Shown: positions 20,671 to 30,375, numbered from the stretch's first letter. The stretch: DNA of 64,000 nucleotides from an uncultured Gemmatimonadales bacterium (GCA_963798845.1 CAWCUS010000002.1:512001-576000); one strand, 5' to 3'. The notes: generated by a model from the sequence alone, not told the origin. Program-made: numbers and translations.

Positions 20671-20940
20671 CTACAGGCGCTTCAAGAGTTGGTCATAGTC
20701 GGCGTGTGAGCCGATCCAGAACCAGATCCAGTCATCGTCGGCGCGGCGGGCCAAGGCTCTGTAGTGGAGCGATATGCGGGCTGAGAAGATCGGCTCGGTC
20801 GCGTGAACCTGCTTGAACTGCAGGCTCGGATGAGCCGGATTGGCGGAGAAGAGGTCGAAGGCCTCGCGAGCCCGCTCCTGGACGTCGGTAGGAAGTGAGG
20901 AATAGGCCTTCCGAAAAGATGAAGTGGTGCGGGAGGTCAA
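20671..20940 (-). CDS. RelE/ParE-superfamily toxin (cassette 3, inverted relative to array)
   Basis: 'NPAHPSLQFK...SARISLHYRAL...WFWIGSHADYD'. Confidence 0.85.
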   Translation of the reverse strand: MTSRTTSSFRKAYSSLPTDVQERAREAFDLFSANPAHPSLQFKQVHATEPIFSARISLHYRALARRADDDWIWFWIGSHADYDQLLKRL

Positions 20941-21155
20941 AGCTTGGACGGGTCGAGGTTTTCCGTCTCACCTCGTGCGTCTTCGGCGAGGGCTTCGTTC
21001 GCGAGCTTCGCCAAGTCGTCCTGGGAGTTTTCAAAGGTCCGATCCCAGTTTCGATCGGACTCGAGCTCCTCCAGGAGTAGAGCGGCGATGGCGTCCTGCT
21101 GCTCGCTGGGGAGCTTGGACGCTTCGTCGAAAGCCTTCTTGAGTAGTTCGGTCAT
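20937..21155 (-). CDS. Cognate antitoxin (cassette 3)
   Basis: 72-aa acidic ORF 'MTELLKKAFDEASKLP...', RBS AAGGAGG, 4-nt overlap with the toxin. Confidence 0.85.
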   Translation of the reverse strand: MTELLKKAFDEASKLPSEQQDAIAALLLEELESDRNWDRTFENSQDDLAKLANEALAEDARGETENLDPSKL

Positions 21156-21173
21156 GAGATCCTCCTTGGCCGG

Positions 21174-21203
21174 ATGATACCCAGGAGGGGATCGGCAGTT
21201 CAA
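21174..21203 (-). promoter_or_regulatory. Putative promoter of the cassette 3 TA operon
   Basis: Minus strand TTGAAC-18 bp-TATCAT just upstream of the RBS. Confidence 0.55.
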
Positions 21204-21250
21204 GAGCGAGAGGCGGTTTGCGGAGCGAAAGGCCTGGATTTGCGGACACC

Positions 21251-21406
21251 GCATAACAAACGGTTGGCGCCTGCGGTCGCTTCGCTCCCTCCGGAGAACC
21301 CCGCGATCAAGATCGTGGCGCCGGTCGAAGGGGCGGGGCAGTTTCGAAGGATGCTGCGCCGGGAAAAGCAGTGGCAGGCGGGGTCGCCAACCTGGAAACG
21401 TTAGCC
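21251..21406 (+). repeat. attC-like site 3
   Basis: GCATAAC aaacggttggcg...cgccaacctggaaac GTTAGCC. Confidence 0.9.
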
Positions 21407-21578
21407 GCCATGCGCGCGGAGGAGGCTCTTGGGTGTTGCGCCCGAAATCGGCGGAGCAGGAAAGGGAAGAGCTTCGTTCTGAGGATTGGCTGCCCCACCC
21501 CACCCAAGAGGCCCAGATTTGTGAAGGGCTTGGAGCTTTGGTTTGCGAGGGCAGGGCAGGGCGCACACAGCGGCTAAC
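21400..21578 (+). other. Cassette 4: gene-less/micro-ORF cassette type B, copy 2
   Basis: Two substitutions relative to copy 1. Confidence 0.85.
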
Positions 21579-21679
21579 AACACGGTTGCCGCCTGCGCTC
21601 GCTGCGCTCGCTCCGGAGAACCCGGCGGATTAGCGAACTCGTGTTCGGAAAAGCGGCGGTGGATGAAGAAACGTTAAGC
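21572..21679 (+). repeat. attC-like site 4, internally deleted (right arm lost)
   Basis: Matches site 2 up to 'ggtggat', then jumps to 'gaaacGTTAAGC'. Confidence 0.8.
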
Positions 21680-21712
21680 GCAATTGACGCAGCGTACTCG
21701 AAGGGAGGCTGG

Positions 21713-22714
21713 ATGAGGCTGTCCAGCAGAACGATCAGTGATCTTGCCGAACTGATCTGCGGTGCTAGCGGTGGCGGTGGCGGCTATGACTGGTCACACT
21801 TCCCATACAGATCCAGCTCCCGTCTCACCGAATTCTTCAGGAACTGCGACCTTGATTACGTTCATCAAGGTGAGACTAGGAAGTGGTGGGTCGAAGAGGT
21901 CCTTACGGAGCTCAACAAAGCACCTGCCTCCACTCCCCACCTCCCACCGGGCGGCATCATTCGAGTGCTCCAGGAGCTGCTGGACCCGCTGGACTATAAA
22001 CGGGCCGAACTAGATCAGTCCGCGGCGCTGAAGGACCTAAACGCGGTCGTCTCTCGGGATGGTTTGGAGGTTTACCTCGACGGGTCGCGTCGCGCGCATG
22101 TGAGGAATCGCGACACTGAGGCGACCTCTGCCAACCTTAAAATCCAGTCCCGCCCTCTGACCAAGGAAGAGTTGGAGAAGAGACGCAAGGCTGAGGAATT
22201 TCTCGAGAAAGCTTCGGAAGACGAGATAATCGAGGAGCTGCTTGTACCGTTGTTTCGACAGTTGAATTTTCTGCGAGTGAGTCCGACAGGGCACCGGGAC
22301 AGATCGCTGGAGTTCGGCAAGGACTTGTGGATGAAGTTCCAGCTGCCGACCGGTCACTTCATCTACTTCGGCGCTCAAGTCAAGCGAGACAAGATCGACG
22401 CCGCTGGAAGGGATGTCACCAAGAATATCAGCGGTATCATCGCCCAAGCAGAGATGATGCTAGACCACCCGGTTTTCGACCCAGAGAGCAACCGCAAGCA
22501 TCTCCTTGACCACGTCTTCATCATTTCAGGCGGGGAAATAACGAAGCAAGCGAGATCACTGATCGTGGAGAACCTGGACCGAGAGGCGCGCCGACATCTG
22601 ATCTTCATGGATCGAGACGAACTTCTTGATCTGGTGGTCCTTACGGGCACACGGATACCTGAAGAGGAAGCTGAGGCTGCGAGTTCGCCGATCGATGATG
22701 ACCTGCCATTCTAG
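21713..22714 (+). CDS. Cassette 5: putative PD-(D/E)xK / Mrr-like restriction endonuclease with helical N-terminal domain
   Basis: 'LLVPLFRQLNF...EFGKD...GAQVK' fits an Mrr-type D...QxK active site; RBS GGGAGG. Confidence 0.65.
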   Translation: MRLSSRTISDLAELICGASGGGGGYDWSHFPYRSSSRLTEFFRNCDLDYVHQGETRKWWVEEVLTELNKAPASTPHLPPGGIIRVLQELLDPLDYKRAELDQSAALKDLNAVVSRDGLEVYLDGSRRAHVRNRDTEATSANLKIQSRPLTKEELEKRRKAEEFLEKASEDEIIEELLVPLFRQLNFLRVSPTGHRDRSLEFGKDLWMKFQLPTGHFIYFGAQVKRDKIDAAGRDVTKNISGIIAQAEMMLDHPVFDPESNRKHLLDHVFIISGGEITKQARSLIVENLDREARRHLIFMDRDELLDLVVLTGTRIPEEEAEAASSPIDDDLPF

Positions 22715-22744
22715 GCGGGTGGACAGTGAAGGGGCGTCAACTGC

Positions 22745-22893
22745 GCTTAACAAACGGTTGGCGCCTGCGCGGCCTGCGGCCGCTCCGGAGAACCCGCCGC
22801 GGCCGTGTTGAAGCTGGTGAGAGGATCGCAGTTTCGAAGGTGATGCGCACTGGAGGTTGTGGCGCGGCGGGTCGCCAACCTGGAACGTTATCT
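22745..22893 (+). repeat. attC-like site 5
   Basis: GCTTAAC...GTTATCT with consensus arms. Confidence 0.9.
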
Positions 22894-23286
22894 GCAATTG
22901 GCTCAACGACTGAGGGAGGGTGAATGGACCTCAAGCGCGTCCTCGAAGAAATCTCTGATCATCTCGCGCCGAAGCTGGACACCTATGAGCACGCCCTCTA
23001 CACGTACCTGTTCCGCAACACGGTGCTGCGAGGAGAACCAGAGGCTGTAATCGGCTTCAAATCTGCGCGCCACGAGTTGCCGAGGGGAATCGGGACCGCA
23101 GGAACGGCAATGGCCGAGGGGACATGCTATGAGAAGCTCAGGTCCTTAGAAGCCAAGGGCTGCATCAAGGTGTTGGGTACAGAACGGCAAGGAACGCGGG
23201 TGCGGCTGTTCTTGCCGAGTGATATTGTGGGTTCTCTGAACTATGTCCGGTTAATTCTCGAAATTCTGGCCGGCCGGGAGCGTGAG

Positions 23287-24062
23287 CTAGGCGGCTTCAG
23301 AGTCCGGGGTCTCCTCCTGTTTGAGATGGCGGGTGCGGTAGGAGCGGCCGCGGAGCACGAAGTGAGTGCCGCGCTCCAGGAGCCGGTCGAGGATCGCCTC
23401 CGCAAGATCGGCATCATGCAGCACCTGACCGAGGGCGGCCAGAGGCTTATTGGTGGTGACGATCATGGGTCGGTGCCTGAGGTAGCGGTCGTTGACCACC
23501 CGGTAGAGCACGTTGGCGGCATCGGCGGCATAGCTCTGATAGCCGAGCTCGTCGATGATCAGGACGTGGGGGTGGACGTAGGGTTCGAGCGCCTCGTCCA
23601 GCCGTCCCTCAGTGGCCGCGTTGGAGAGGGCGCCGATCAGCTCATCCGCGGTGGTGAATCGGGCCTCGAATCCGTTCTGGATCGCTCGGTAGCCGATGGC
23701 TACCCCCATGTGGGTCTTCCCTCGACCCGGCGGGCCGCTGAAATGGCGCACCGGCCTTCGCTCACCAGCTCCGGCCCCAGCAGCGTGCCGAGCATCTGGA
23801 GGCGGACGCTGGTCTGGAAGGTGAAGTCGAATTCCTCAATGGTGCGGAGGAAGGGGAAGCGGGCCTTGCGGACGGACCGGGTGATCCGGGTCTGCGCCCG
23901 GTGAGCGATCTCCTCGGCCACCAGCAGCTCGAGGAAGGTGCGGTAGCTCATGCCCTCCTCCTCGGCCCGGATCGCCAGGTCCGGATACAGGCGCCGGATG
24001 GTCGGCATGTGGAGGCGCTTGAGCATGGCGTCGAGGTCGTCCAGCGGCACCGGAGTCTTCAT
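23287..24062 (-). pseudogene. istB: IstB ATPase with 1-bp deletion frameshift near 23742
   Basis: gctgaaatgg here versus gctgaagatgg in the intact copy; could be a sequencing error. Confidence 0.85.
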
Positions 24063-25468
24063 GAGGCCACCTCCTTCGCCGCCAGCCCGATCACGTACTC
24101 AGCTCCGATCAGCCGCTGGAAGAGCGCGCGCTGGAGCAGGCGGAGGAAGCGCTCCTGGCCGAGCTCCTCGAGCAGGGCGAAGAGGCGCTCCACGTCTCCT
24201 TTCCATGTGTGGGGTCGGGCGTGGATGAGCTCCGTCAGGTAGCCCTCTCCTACGGGCCCCAGCTCCAGGATTCGCTCCCGCATGAAGTAGAGGCGCTTCC
24301 GTGCACCGGCCACGGCCGCCAGCTGCTCGGCCCGCTGGCCGGGCAGGTAGCTGGTGTTTCCGATCTTTGGAAACCTGGGGTGGGTGGCCTCGAAGCGGGC
24401 GCCGGTGGTGACGATCCGGAGCCGGTCCGGGTACAGGTGGAGCGTGGCCGGGATCCCGCACGCACCCGCCGGCATGGCGTAGCGCACGCCCTGGAAGTCC
24501 ACGAGCGCGGTGGGTCCCACGTGGACAGCGTAACGCAGACCGTACTCGGCCGGCGGGATGGCCAGCGGCTTCATCCGCGCCTGCTCTGCGGTCAGCCGGA
24601 TCTTGGGGATCTCCTTCGTGGCCCGGGATGGCCGCTCCTCATTCCCCCCGATCAGCCAGTCCAGGAGCTGACGGGGGAGGTCCTGGTCGAGCTCAGCGAA
24701 GCGGCGGGCCCGGAAGAAGCTCCGCTTCACCCACCCCACCAGATTCTCCACCGATCCCTTCTGCTGCGGGCTCCTGGGCGTGCACAGCCCGATCGTGAAG
24801 CCATAGTCGATGGCGACCTGGGCCAGCGTGGAATTCCAGATCGGCCGGCCCCGGTCGTCGCGGCCCACCACCACCGTCTTCGGATTGTCGAAGACCACCC
24901 GGAGCGGCACCCCGCCCGAATGCTCGAAGCCGGCCAGGAGTGCCCGGACGAGTGACTCGATCCGCTCGTCCGGCACGATCACCACCCACACCCACCGCGA
25001 GTACTTCAGACGGTACGCCGCGAAGTGAACTCGCTTCTTCCGTCCATCCAGCAGCCGGACGTCGGCCTGACCGAAATCGAACTGGGCGAACTCCCCGGCC
25101 ACCCCCTCGAACCGCACCATCAGCTCCGCCGGCAGCTTCCCCTTCTCCAACCGGAAGACCCGGTAGAAGGTGCTCTCCGCCAGCTCCGCCCCCTCCTCCC
25201 GAAGCTGACGCAGGTATTCCAGGGGTGGAGCCTCGGGATCCTCCGCGATCAGATCCACCAGCCGGCGCTTCACCGCCTCCGGCACCGCGGGACGCCCGAT
25301 CCCCCGGCGCTTCCTCTCCGCCGCATCGTCTCCCTCCGCCACCGGCGGCTCCTTCGAGATCCGACGGACAGACCGCTCCGAGATCCCCAGCTGCCTCGCG
25401 ATTTCCGTCTGCTTCTGCCCCGCCTCCAGCAGCGCATGCACCGCATGTCGATCGATCACCCTGAGCAT
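24059..25468 (-). CDS. istA: IS21 transposase IstA
   Basis: N-terminal HTH, 'FAQFDFG', 'VFDNPKT', 'KGSVENLV'. Confidence 0.95.
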   Translation of the reverse strand: MLRVIDRHAVHALLEAGQKQTEIARQLGISERSVRRISKEPPVAEGDDAAERKRRGIGRPAVPEAVKRRLVDLIAEDPEAPPLEYLRQLREEGAELAESTFYRVFRLEKGKLPAELMVRFEGVAGEFAQFDFGQADVRLLDGRKKRVHFAAYRLKYSRWVWVVIVPDERIESLVRALLAGFEHSGGVPLRVVFDNPKTVVVGRDDRGRPIWNSTLAQVAIDYGFTIGLCTPRSPQQKGSVENLVGWVKRSFFRARRFAELDQDLPRQLLDWLIGGNEERPSRATKEIPKIRLTAEQARMKPLAIPPAEYGLRYAVHVGPTALVDFQGVRYAMPAGACGIPATLHLYPDRLRIVTTGARFEATHPRFPKIGNTSYLPGQRAEQLAAVAGARKRLYFMRERILELGPVGEGYLTELIHARPHTWKGDVERLFALLEELGQERFLRLLQRALFQRLIGAEYVIGLAAKEVAS

Positions 25469-26021
25469 CCTCCCCCGCCTCCATCTGACAGGAACTCCAT
25501 CCTGCCCGGGACGGGACTACAGTATTCTACGGAGGCTCCTCAGCCGGCCAGATTTTCGAGAGATCAGCGGTCAGAATTCGGGGAACTCACAGATATCGAC
25601 GGCGTCGTCCCAGTTGTTGGGGAAGAGCAGCGGCCCCGCCTAGAAGATCTGGACTTTTTCAATAATGCCTCAAATCGCGAGGCTATCCTGCGGCGAGAGG
25701 ATGGCCGCTGCTTCTATTGCCTTCGGCAGGTTGATGGATCGAATCATGTGATCGAACACCTTACGGCACGGCGGGAGGGAGGCAACGGATACACCAACGT
25801 GGTCGCCGCCTGTCGAGAGTGTAACAATAGGAAGGGGGCAGGCAGTCCTGAGGACCATCTTCGGCGGCTCTATAGGAGTGGTCTCCTGAACGCCGACGAA
25901 ATGGAAGGTCGTTTGGCCGCCCTTGATCTGGTCAGGACGGGCCAGCTAAAGCCGACGCTCGCGGATTTTGAGGATGCGGAGGTTGCCTAGGCGAGTGGAC
26001 CTCGGACGGGGAGCCAACTGC

Positions 26022-26172
26022 AGATGACAAACGGTTGGCGCCTGCGCGGCCTGCGGCCGCTCCGGAGAACCCGCCGCGACCGTGCCGAAGCTGGTGAGGT
26101 GTTCGCAGTTTCGAAGGTGATCGCGCGCCTGAGGTTGTGGCGCGGCGGGTCGCCAACCTGGAAACGTTAGAC
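26022..26172 (+). repeat. attC-like site 6 (R'' variant AGATGAC)
   Basis: Consensus arms; ends GTTAGAC. Confidence 0.88.
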
Positions 26173-26200
26173 GGCATTCCTTTGGAGCGGGAAAGGTCTG

Positions 26201-27297
26201 ATGGCGGATTCTGACCAGCTCGATCTCGAAGCTGCTATTGAGGAAGCCGAAGAAGCTGACCTCGAGAAAGAGCGTGATGCAGTTCTTGCCGCGGTGTCAG
26301 CCAGCCGGCTGGATACGCTGCAAAAGAGGGTTGCATGGGTTCTGAACCATTACCCGGATGCCAGAGATTCCGATGTTGCTCTGTACATACGTTATTGGCG
26401 TGAGTTTGAAGGCGAGCATGTCGAAGGGGAGTACGTCAAGCTCAAGAACATTACCGTCTGACTCGGCCGGCGTCGCTTACCCGAGCCCGAGCCAAGCTTC
26501 AGAACGAGTACAGGTTATTCCTGGCGAGTGACGAAGTCAGAAAACACCGCGGAACACTGTCGGAGGAGGAAAAGGAAAAGGCGGTTAGTCAAAGGCCCAC
26601 GTTCCCAATGTACACGGCCTATGCCGATGAGAGCGGAAAGACCGACAACTTCTTAGTGGTTGGAGCCGTTTGGTTTCTGAACGGTCCGGAGATCATCGAG
26701 GTGACCCAAGAGGTGGAGAGGCTTGCCAAGGCGCGCGGCATTTCCGCCGAACTCCACTTCAGAGAGATCGACTACTCTACGTTGGACTTCTACAAGGAAG
26801 TGGCTGCGTTGGTACTGGCTCGTTCAGCAACCATTTCATTCACTTCGATCAGCGTCGAGCGAAGAGGCCACAAGCGAGTGGACGATGCCATTGCTAACCT
26901 GTATGAGCATCTGCTTCTCCGAGGGGTGGAGTACCACGACTCCACGAACAGAGCGCCACTGCCACGGAGCCTTAGCGTCTTCAAGGATCGCGAAGAAGTA
27001 GGCCGAGACAAGCTACTGATGGCGAATCTCGAAGAGTCGCTCAGACAGGCGAGTGAGGCGCGGCTGGAGGGAAAGCTGTACGTCGACAGGCTGGCGGCCG
27101 TTGACTCCGAGGAGAACATCCCGGTTCAGCTTGGCGATCTGTACACCAGCAGCGTCGCCAGAGTCTTGAACGCCACGGGCAAGCGCAACTCAGCACGAGA
27201 TGATTTCGCGGATTTCTTCTTAGGAGAGCTGGGGATCCCCAATGGTCCAGCCGCGGAAGAGCGGGTGGGGGACATGGTGGCTCACGTGGCCTTGTGA
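26201..27297 (+). pseudogene. Cassette 7: DUF3800-like (RNase H-fold) protein with N-terminal extension; frameshift near 26450
   Basis: 'AYADESG...ELHF...QLGDL'; ORFs 26201-26461 and 26452-27297 join with a 1-nt correction. Confidence 0.7.
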
Positions 27298-27318
27298 TAT
27301 CCCTCATGGAGGAACGCC

Positions 27319-27469
27319 GTCTAACAAACGGTTGGCGCCTGCGCGGCCTGCGGCCGCTCCGGAGAACCCGCCGCGGCGGCTTGGAAGCTGGTGAGGTTCG
27401 TGTGATTTCGAAGGTGATCATGCGCTGGAGATAGTGGCGCGGCGGGTCGCCAACCTGGAAACGTTAGGC
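27319..27469 (+). repeat. attC-like site 7
   Basis: GTCTAAC...GTTAGGC. Confidence 0.9.
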
Positions 27470-27496
27470 GCCACGCTCTACGAGAGGAGGCGGATC

Positions 27497-27951
27497 ATGT
27501 ACTGTGATGTCGTTCGAGCGCTGGTTGTTGCGGGCGTACTGATTGGCAGCACCGCCTGTTTAAGTACTAGCGCCGTCGATTCGCCCGTCGAAGTTGGCGT
27601 TGACATCGATAAACATCAGTCAGCGTCGGAGACACGGTGGTGTTCACCACAGCCGTCCACAACCCCACGGATCGGCGAATTCAAGTCGGAGTGGAATGCG
27701 GGCCCAGCCTAGACGTTCAGCTTCGGAGGCCCGACGGTTCAAGCCTTTCGGTGTTGAGCCGCATTGTCGGAGGTGGTGCGTTCACGTGCGAATTGGCGGA
27801 ACACCATTTCGCCGATCCCGGAGAAACGGAACGGCTGACGCTTCGGTGGAAGGCTGAAGCTCCGAGAGGGACGTACTTGGCCGTTGCTCAAACCAGGTGC
27901 GGGGAGGACCAGTGTCCCACGAGCGACCCCGTGACTTTTGTCGTGAAGTAG
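27497..27951 (+). pseudogene. Cassette 8: small Ig-like lipoprotein, frameshift near 27615
   Basis: RBS GAGGAGG, signal peptide ending 'STAC'; second frame 'SVGDTVVFTTAVHNPT...PGETERLTLRW'. Confidence 0.6.
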
Positions 27952-27972
27952 GTGATATGGCGCTCGCGCAGC

Positions 27973-28128
27973 GCCTAACAAACGGCTGGCGCCTCCGCGG
28001 ACTGCGGCCGCTCCGGAGAAACCCGGCGCGACCGTTTCTGAGCAGTCGAAGGCTCGTGTAGTTTCGAAGGCTGTGGAGCTGGTGAGTTCATGGTGAGCGC
28101 CGGGTTCGCCAGCCTGGAAACGTTAAGC
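27973..28128 (+). repeat. attC-like site 8
   Basis: GCCTAAC...ggctggcg...cgccagcc...GTTAAGC. Confidence 0.88.
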
Positions 28129-28158
28129 GCCAGAGCCCGCAATCTGGAGGAGGCAATA

Positions 28159-28287
28159 TTGACTCGTCGCGAACTGTCGCAGACCGGATGCCGAAACGTC
28201 TTGGCGCTGATGGGGATTGCCTCGTTGGGCTTGTTAACGATAGGCCTGACAGGATTCGATTCTTTCGACACCGGGTGGATCAGGTAG
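28159..28287 (+). CDS. Cassette 9: small hydrophobic peptide, possibly truncated
   Basis: GGAGGAGG RBS then TTG; one TM-like stretch. Confidence 0.4.
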   Translation: MTRRELSQTGCRNVLALMGIASLGLLTIGLTGFDSFDTGWIR

Positions 28288-28392
28288 GGGCTGCGCGCGG
28301 TCTGGACAGGGGGGATGGCCGTGGCCGTTTGGACAATCGGTCGTGCGGCCCGGAAGGCGATCGAACTGCTTGAGGACGTGGCCAGCTCCGGC

Positions 28393-28542
28393 GCTTAACA
28401 CACGGCCGCCGCCTTCGCTCGCTGCGCGAGCTCCGGAGAACCCGGCGTCAAGCGCACCGCCCTCGAGGAGAGCATTGAACCACTGGTAGACAGGCGGTAT
28501 GGAGGGATGTGCCGCCGGGTCGGCGGCCTAGAAACGTTAGCC
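28393..28542 (+). repeat. attC-like site 9
   Basis: GCTTAAC...ggccgccg...cggcggcc...GTTAGCC; arms covary relative to consensus. Confidence 0.88.
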
Positions 28543-28714
28543 GCCATGCGCGCGGAGGAGGCTCTTGGGTGTTGCGCCCGAAATCGGCCGAGCAGAAAAG
28601 GGAAGAGCTTCGTTCTGAGGATTGGCTGCCCCACCCCACCCAAGAGGCCCAGATTCGTGAAGGGCTTGGAGCTTTGGTTTGCGAGGGCAGGGCAGGGCGC
28701 ACACAGCGGCTAAC
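28536..28714 (+). other. Cassette 10: gene-less/micro-ORF cassette type B, copy 3
   Basis: One substitution relative to copy 1. Confidence 0.85.
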
Positions 28715-28859
28715 AACACGGTTGCCGCCTGCGCTCGCTGCGCTCGCTCCGGAGAACCCGGCGGATTAGCGAACTCGTGTTCGGAAAAGCGGCGGTGGAT
28801 TGAAGCTACTGTGCACTCGGATCGCTGGACCGCCGGGTCGGCAACCGGAAACGTTAACC
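28708..28859 (+). repeat. attC-like site 10 (same as site 2)
   Basis: GGCTAAC...GTTAACC. Confidence 0.9.
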
Positions 28860-28925
28860 GCCATGTTCCACTCGGCGTTTCTGTAGCAGATTAGGAGCAA
28901 GGGACTTCAGGGAAGGAGCTTGCGG

Positions 28926-29150
28926 ATGTCGAGTGTACCAATCGAGGAACTGCTCAAGCTGTCGGTCGCTGAGCGGATTCAGTTGGTGGAGGACCTGTGG
29001 GACAGCATCGCTACGGACGCGGACGCCTATCCATTAACTGAGGCCCAGAAGGCGGAACTGGACCGTAGGCTGGCAGAACATGAAGCGGACCCGGATTCTG
29101 CTATTCCCTGGGAGGAAGTCCGGGAGCGGTTGTACAAGAAGTACGGGTGA
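28926..29150 (+). CDS. Cassette 11: addiction-module antitoxin
   Basis: 'LSVAERIQLVEDLWDSI...ELDRRL...IPWEEVR'. Confidence 0.88.
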   Translation: MSSVPIEELLKLSVAERIQLVEDLWDSIATDADAYPLTEAQKAELDRRLAEHEADPDSAIPWEEVRERLYKKYG

Positions 29151-29443
29151 GCCGCCGCTTCGTTGTTCGCCCTGCGGCCGACGCCGAACTCGAGGAAGCC
29201 GCAGCGTGGTATTCGGAGCGTTCCTTGGGCTTGGGAGCGGAATTCGTCCGCGTCATCGATGCGGCTTTCTCAGCGATCCAGCGGAATCCTCTCCGATTTC
29301 CCATTCTGTATCGGGATGTCCGGAGGGCCGTTGTTCGGCGATTCCCATATGCCATTCTCTTCAGAGCGAGCGCGGAAGAGATCGTGGTACTCTCCGTTTT
29401 CCATTCCCGCCGCGATCCGAAGCGTTGGCAGGCCCGGAGGTGA
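29147..29443 (+). CDS. Cassette 11: RelE/ParE family toxin
   Basis: 'AELEEAAAWY...LGAEF...RRFPYAILF...FHSRRDP'; GTGA overlap. Confidence 0.88.
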   Translation: MSRRFVVRPAADAELEEAAAWYSERSLGLGAEFVRVIDAAFSAIQRNPLRFPILYRDVRRAVVRRFPYAILFRASAEEIVVLSVFHSRRDPKRWQARR

Positions 29444-29535
29444 CGTCCGCCAGGCTGCGGGCAGAATGTCAATGCCGGACGAAAACAGCACAGATGTGGC
29501 GCTCGAAAATGCCACACTCGAGGGGGGACGAGCCC

Positions 29536-30375
29536 TCAGGTTGTCGTAGCCTCCAGACGGGCACGTCGCCGTGGTTTGGGTGAAGGCTCTTCCTCCAGGT
29601 CGGGGGTGTGGAGCGCCTGCCAGACCTCGGAGTGCCGACGAAGGCGATAGCTGTTGCCCCGGATGTTGACAATGTGGCAATGGTGAAGCAGCCGGTCGAT
29701 CAGCGCCGCGGCCATGACTTCATCGCCGAAGATGGCGCCCCATTCTTCAAAGCTCTTGTTCGAGGTCAGGACCGTCGACGCCCGCTCATAGCGCCGGTTC
29801 ACGAGCTGGAAGAAGAGCATGGCTCCGGTGTGGCTGACCGGGAGGTAGCCGATCTCGTCCACCACCAGGAGCGAGGGGTGGCTCAGGACGCTCATCCGTT
29901 GCTTGAGCATGCCCGCCGCTTTGGCTTCCTCGAGAGACGAGATCAGATCTGCCAGGGTCCCGTAGTAGACGCGACGCCCGTGCTCGGCGGCGGCGATGGC
30001 GAGGCTGATGGCCAGGTGCGTTTTCCCGACTCCAGGAGGGCCGAGGAAGATCACGTTCTCCTTTCGCTCAATGAAGCCGAGTTCGTGGAGGCTCTCAATC
30101 TGCTCTCGCTTGATCGAGGGCTGGAATGAGAAATCGAAATCGGTGAGCAGCTTCACCGCCGGAAGCCGGCTCGAGCGCATGGCGGCCTGCAGACGTCGGT
30201 TGTTGCGGAGTTGGATCTGAGCTCCGAGGAGCTGCTCGATAGCCTCGCTTGGCGTGACCTCGCCACCATCGACGGCGGAAAGAATGGAGTCCAGGGCCTC
30301 CAGGGCCCCCGGCATCTTCAGGTCGGCCAGCATGGACCGGATGTGATCACGACGGGACACCTTGGCCCCTCTCAT
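29536..30375 (-). CDS. istB: IS21 helper ATPase IstB
   Basis: 'GPPGVGKTHLA', 'LLVVDEIGY', 'IDRLLHH'. Confidence 0.95.
   Translation of the reverse strand: MRGAKVSRRDHIRSMLADLKMPGALEALDSILSAVDGGEVTPSEAIEQLLGAQIQLRNNRRLQAAMRSSRLPAVKLLTDFDFSFQPSIKREQIESLHELGFIERKENVIFLGPPGVGKTHLAISLAIAAAEHGRRVYYGTLADLISSLEEAKAAGMLKQRMSVLSHPSLLVVDEIGYLPVSHTGAMLFFQLVNRRYERASTVLTSNKSFEEWGAIFGDEVMAAALIDRLLHHCHIVNIRGNSYRLRRHSEVWQALHTPDLEEEPSPKPRRRARLEATTT

Larger units (their letters stand above)
23226..25591 (-). mobile_element. IS21-family element A, copy 1 (TG...CA ends, 5-bp target duplication GATAT)
   Basis: GATAT at 23221-23225 and 25592-25596; istA/istB inside; near-identical inverted copy at 35388-37754. 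Confidence 0.95.
22924..25990 (+). pseudogene. Cassette 6: HTH-like + HNH endonuclease gene (231 aa when rejoined) split by an IS21 element
   Basis: Removing 23226-25596 rejoins the frame '...FLPSDIDGVVP...CFYC...IEHL...NVVAACRECNNRKG'. Confidence 0.88.

Noticed and set aside
20937..21566. 209-aa minus-strand ORF and other short ORFs spanning attC sites
   Set aside because: They cross recombination sites and recur only because the repeats recur; the antitoxin starts at 21155 with an RBS.
22924..23904. 326-aa ORF as an intact gene
   Set aside because: Read-through from the cassette gene into the antisense strand of the IS21; the true C-terminus lies after 25596.
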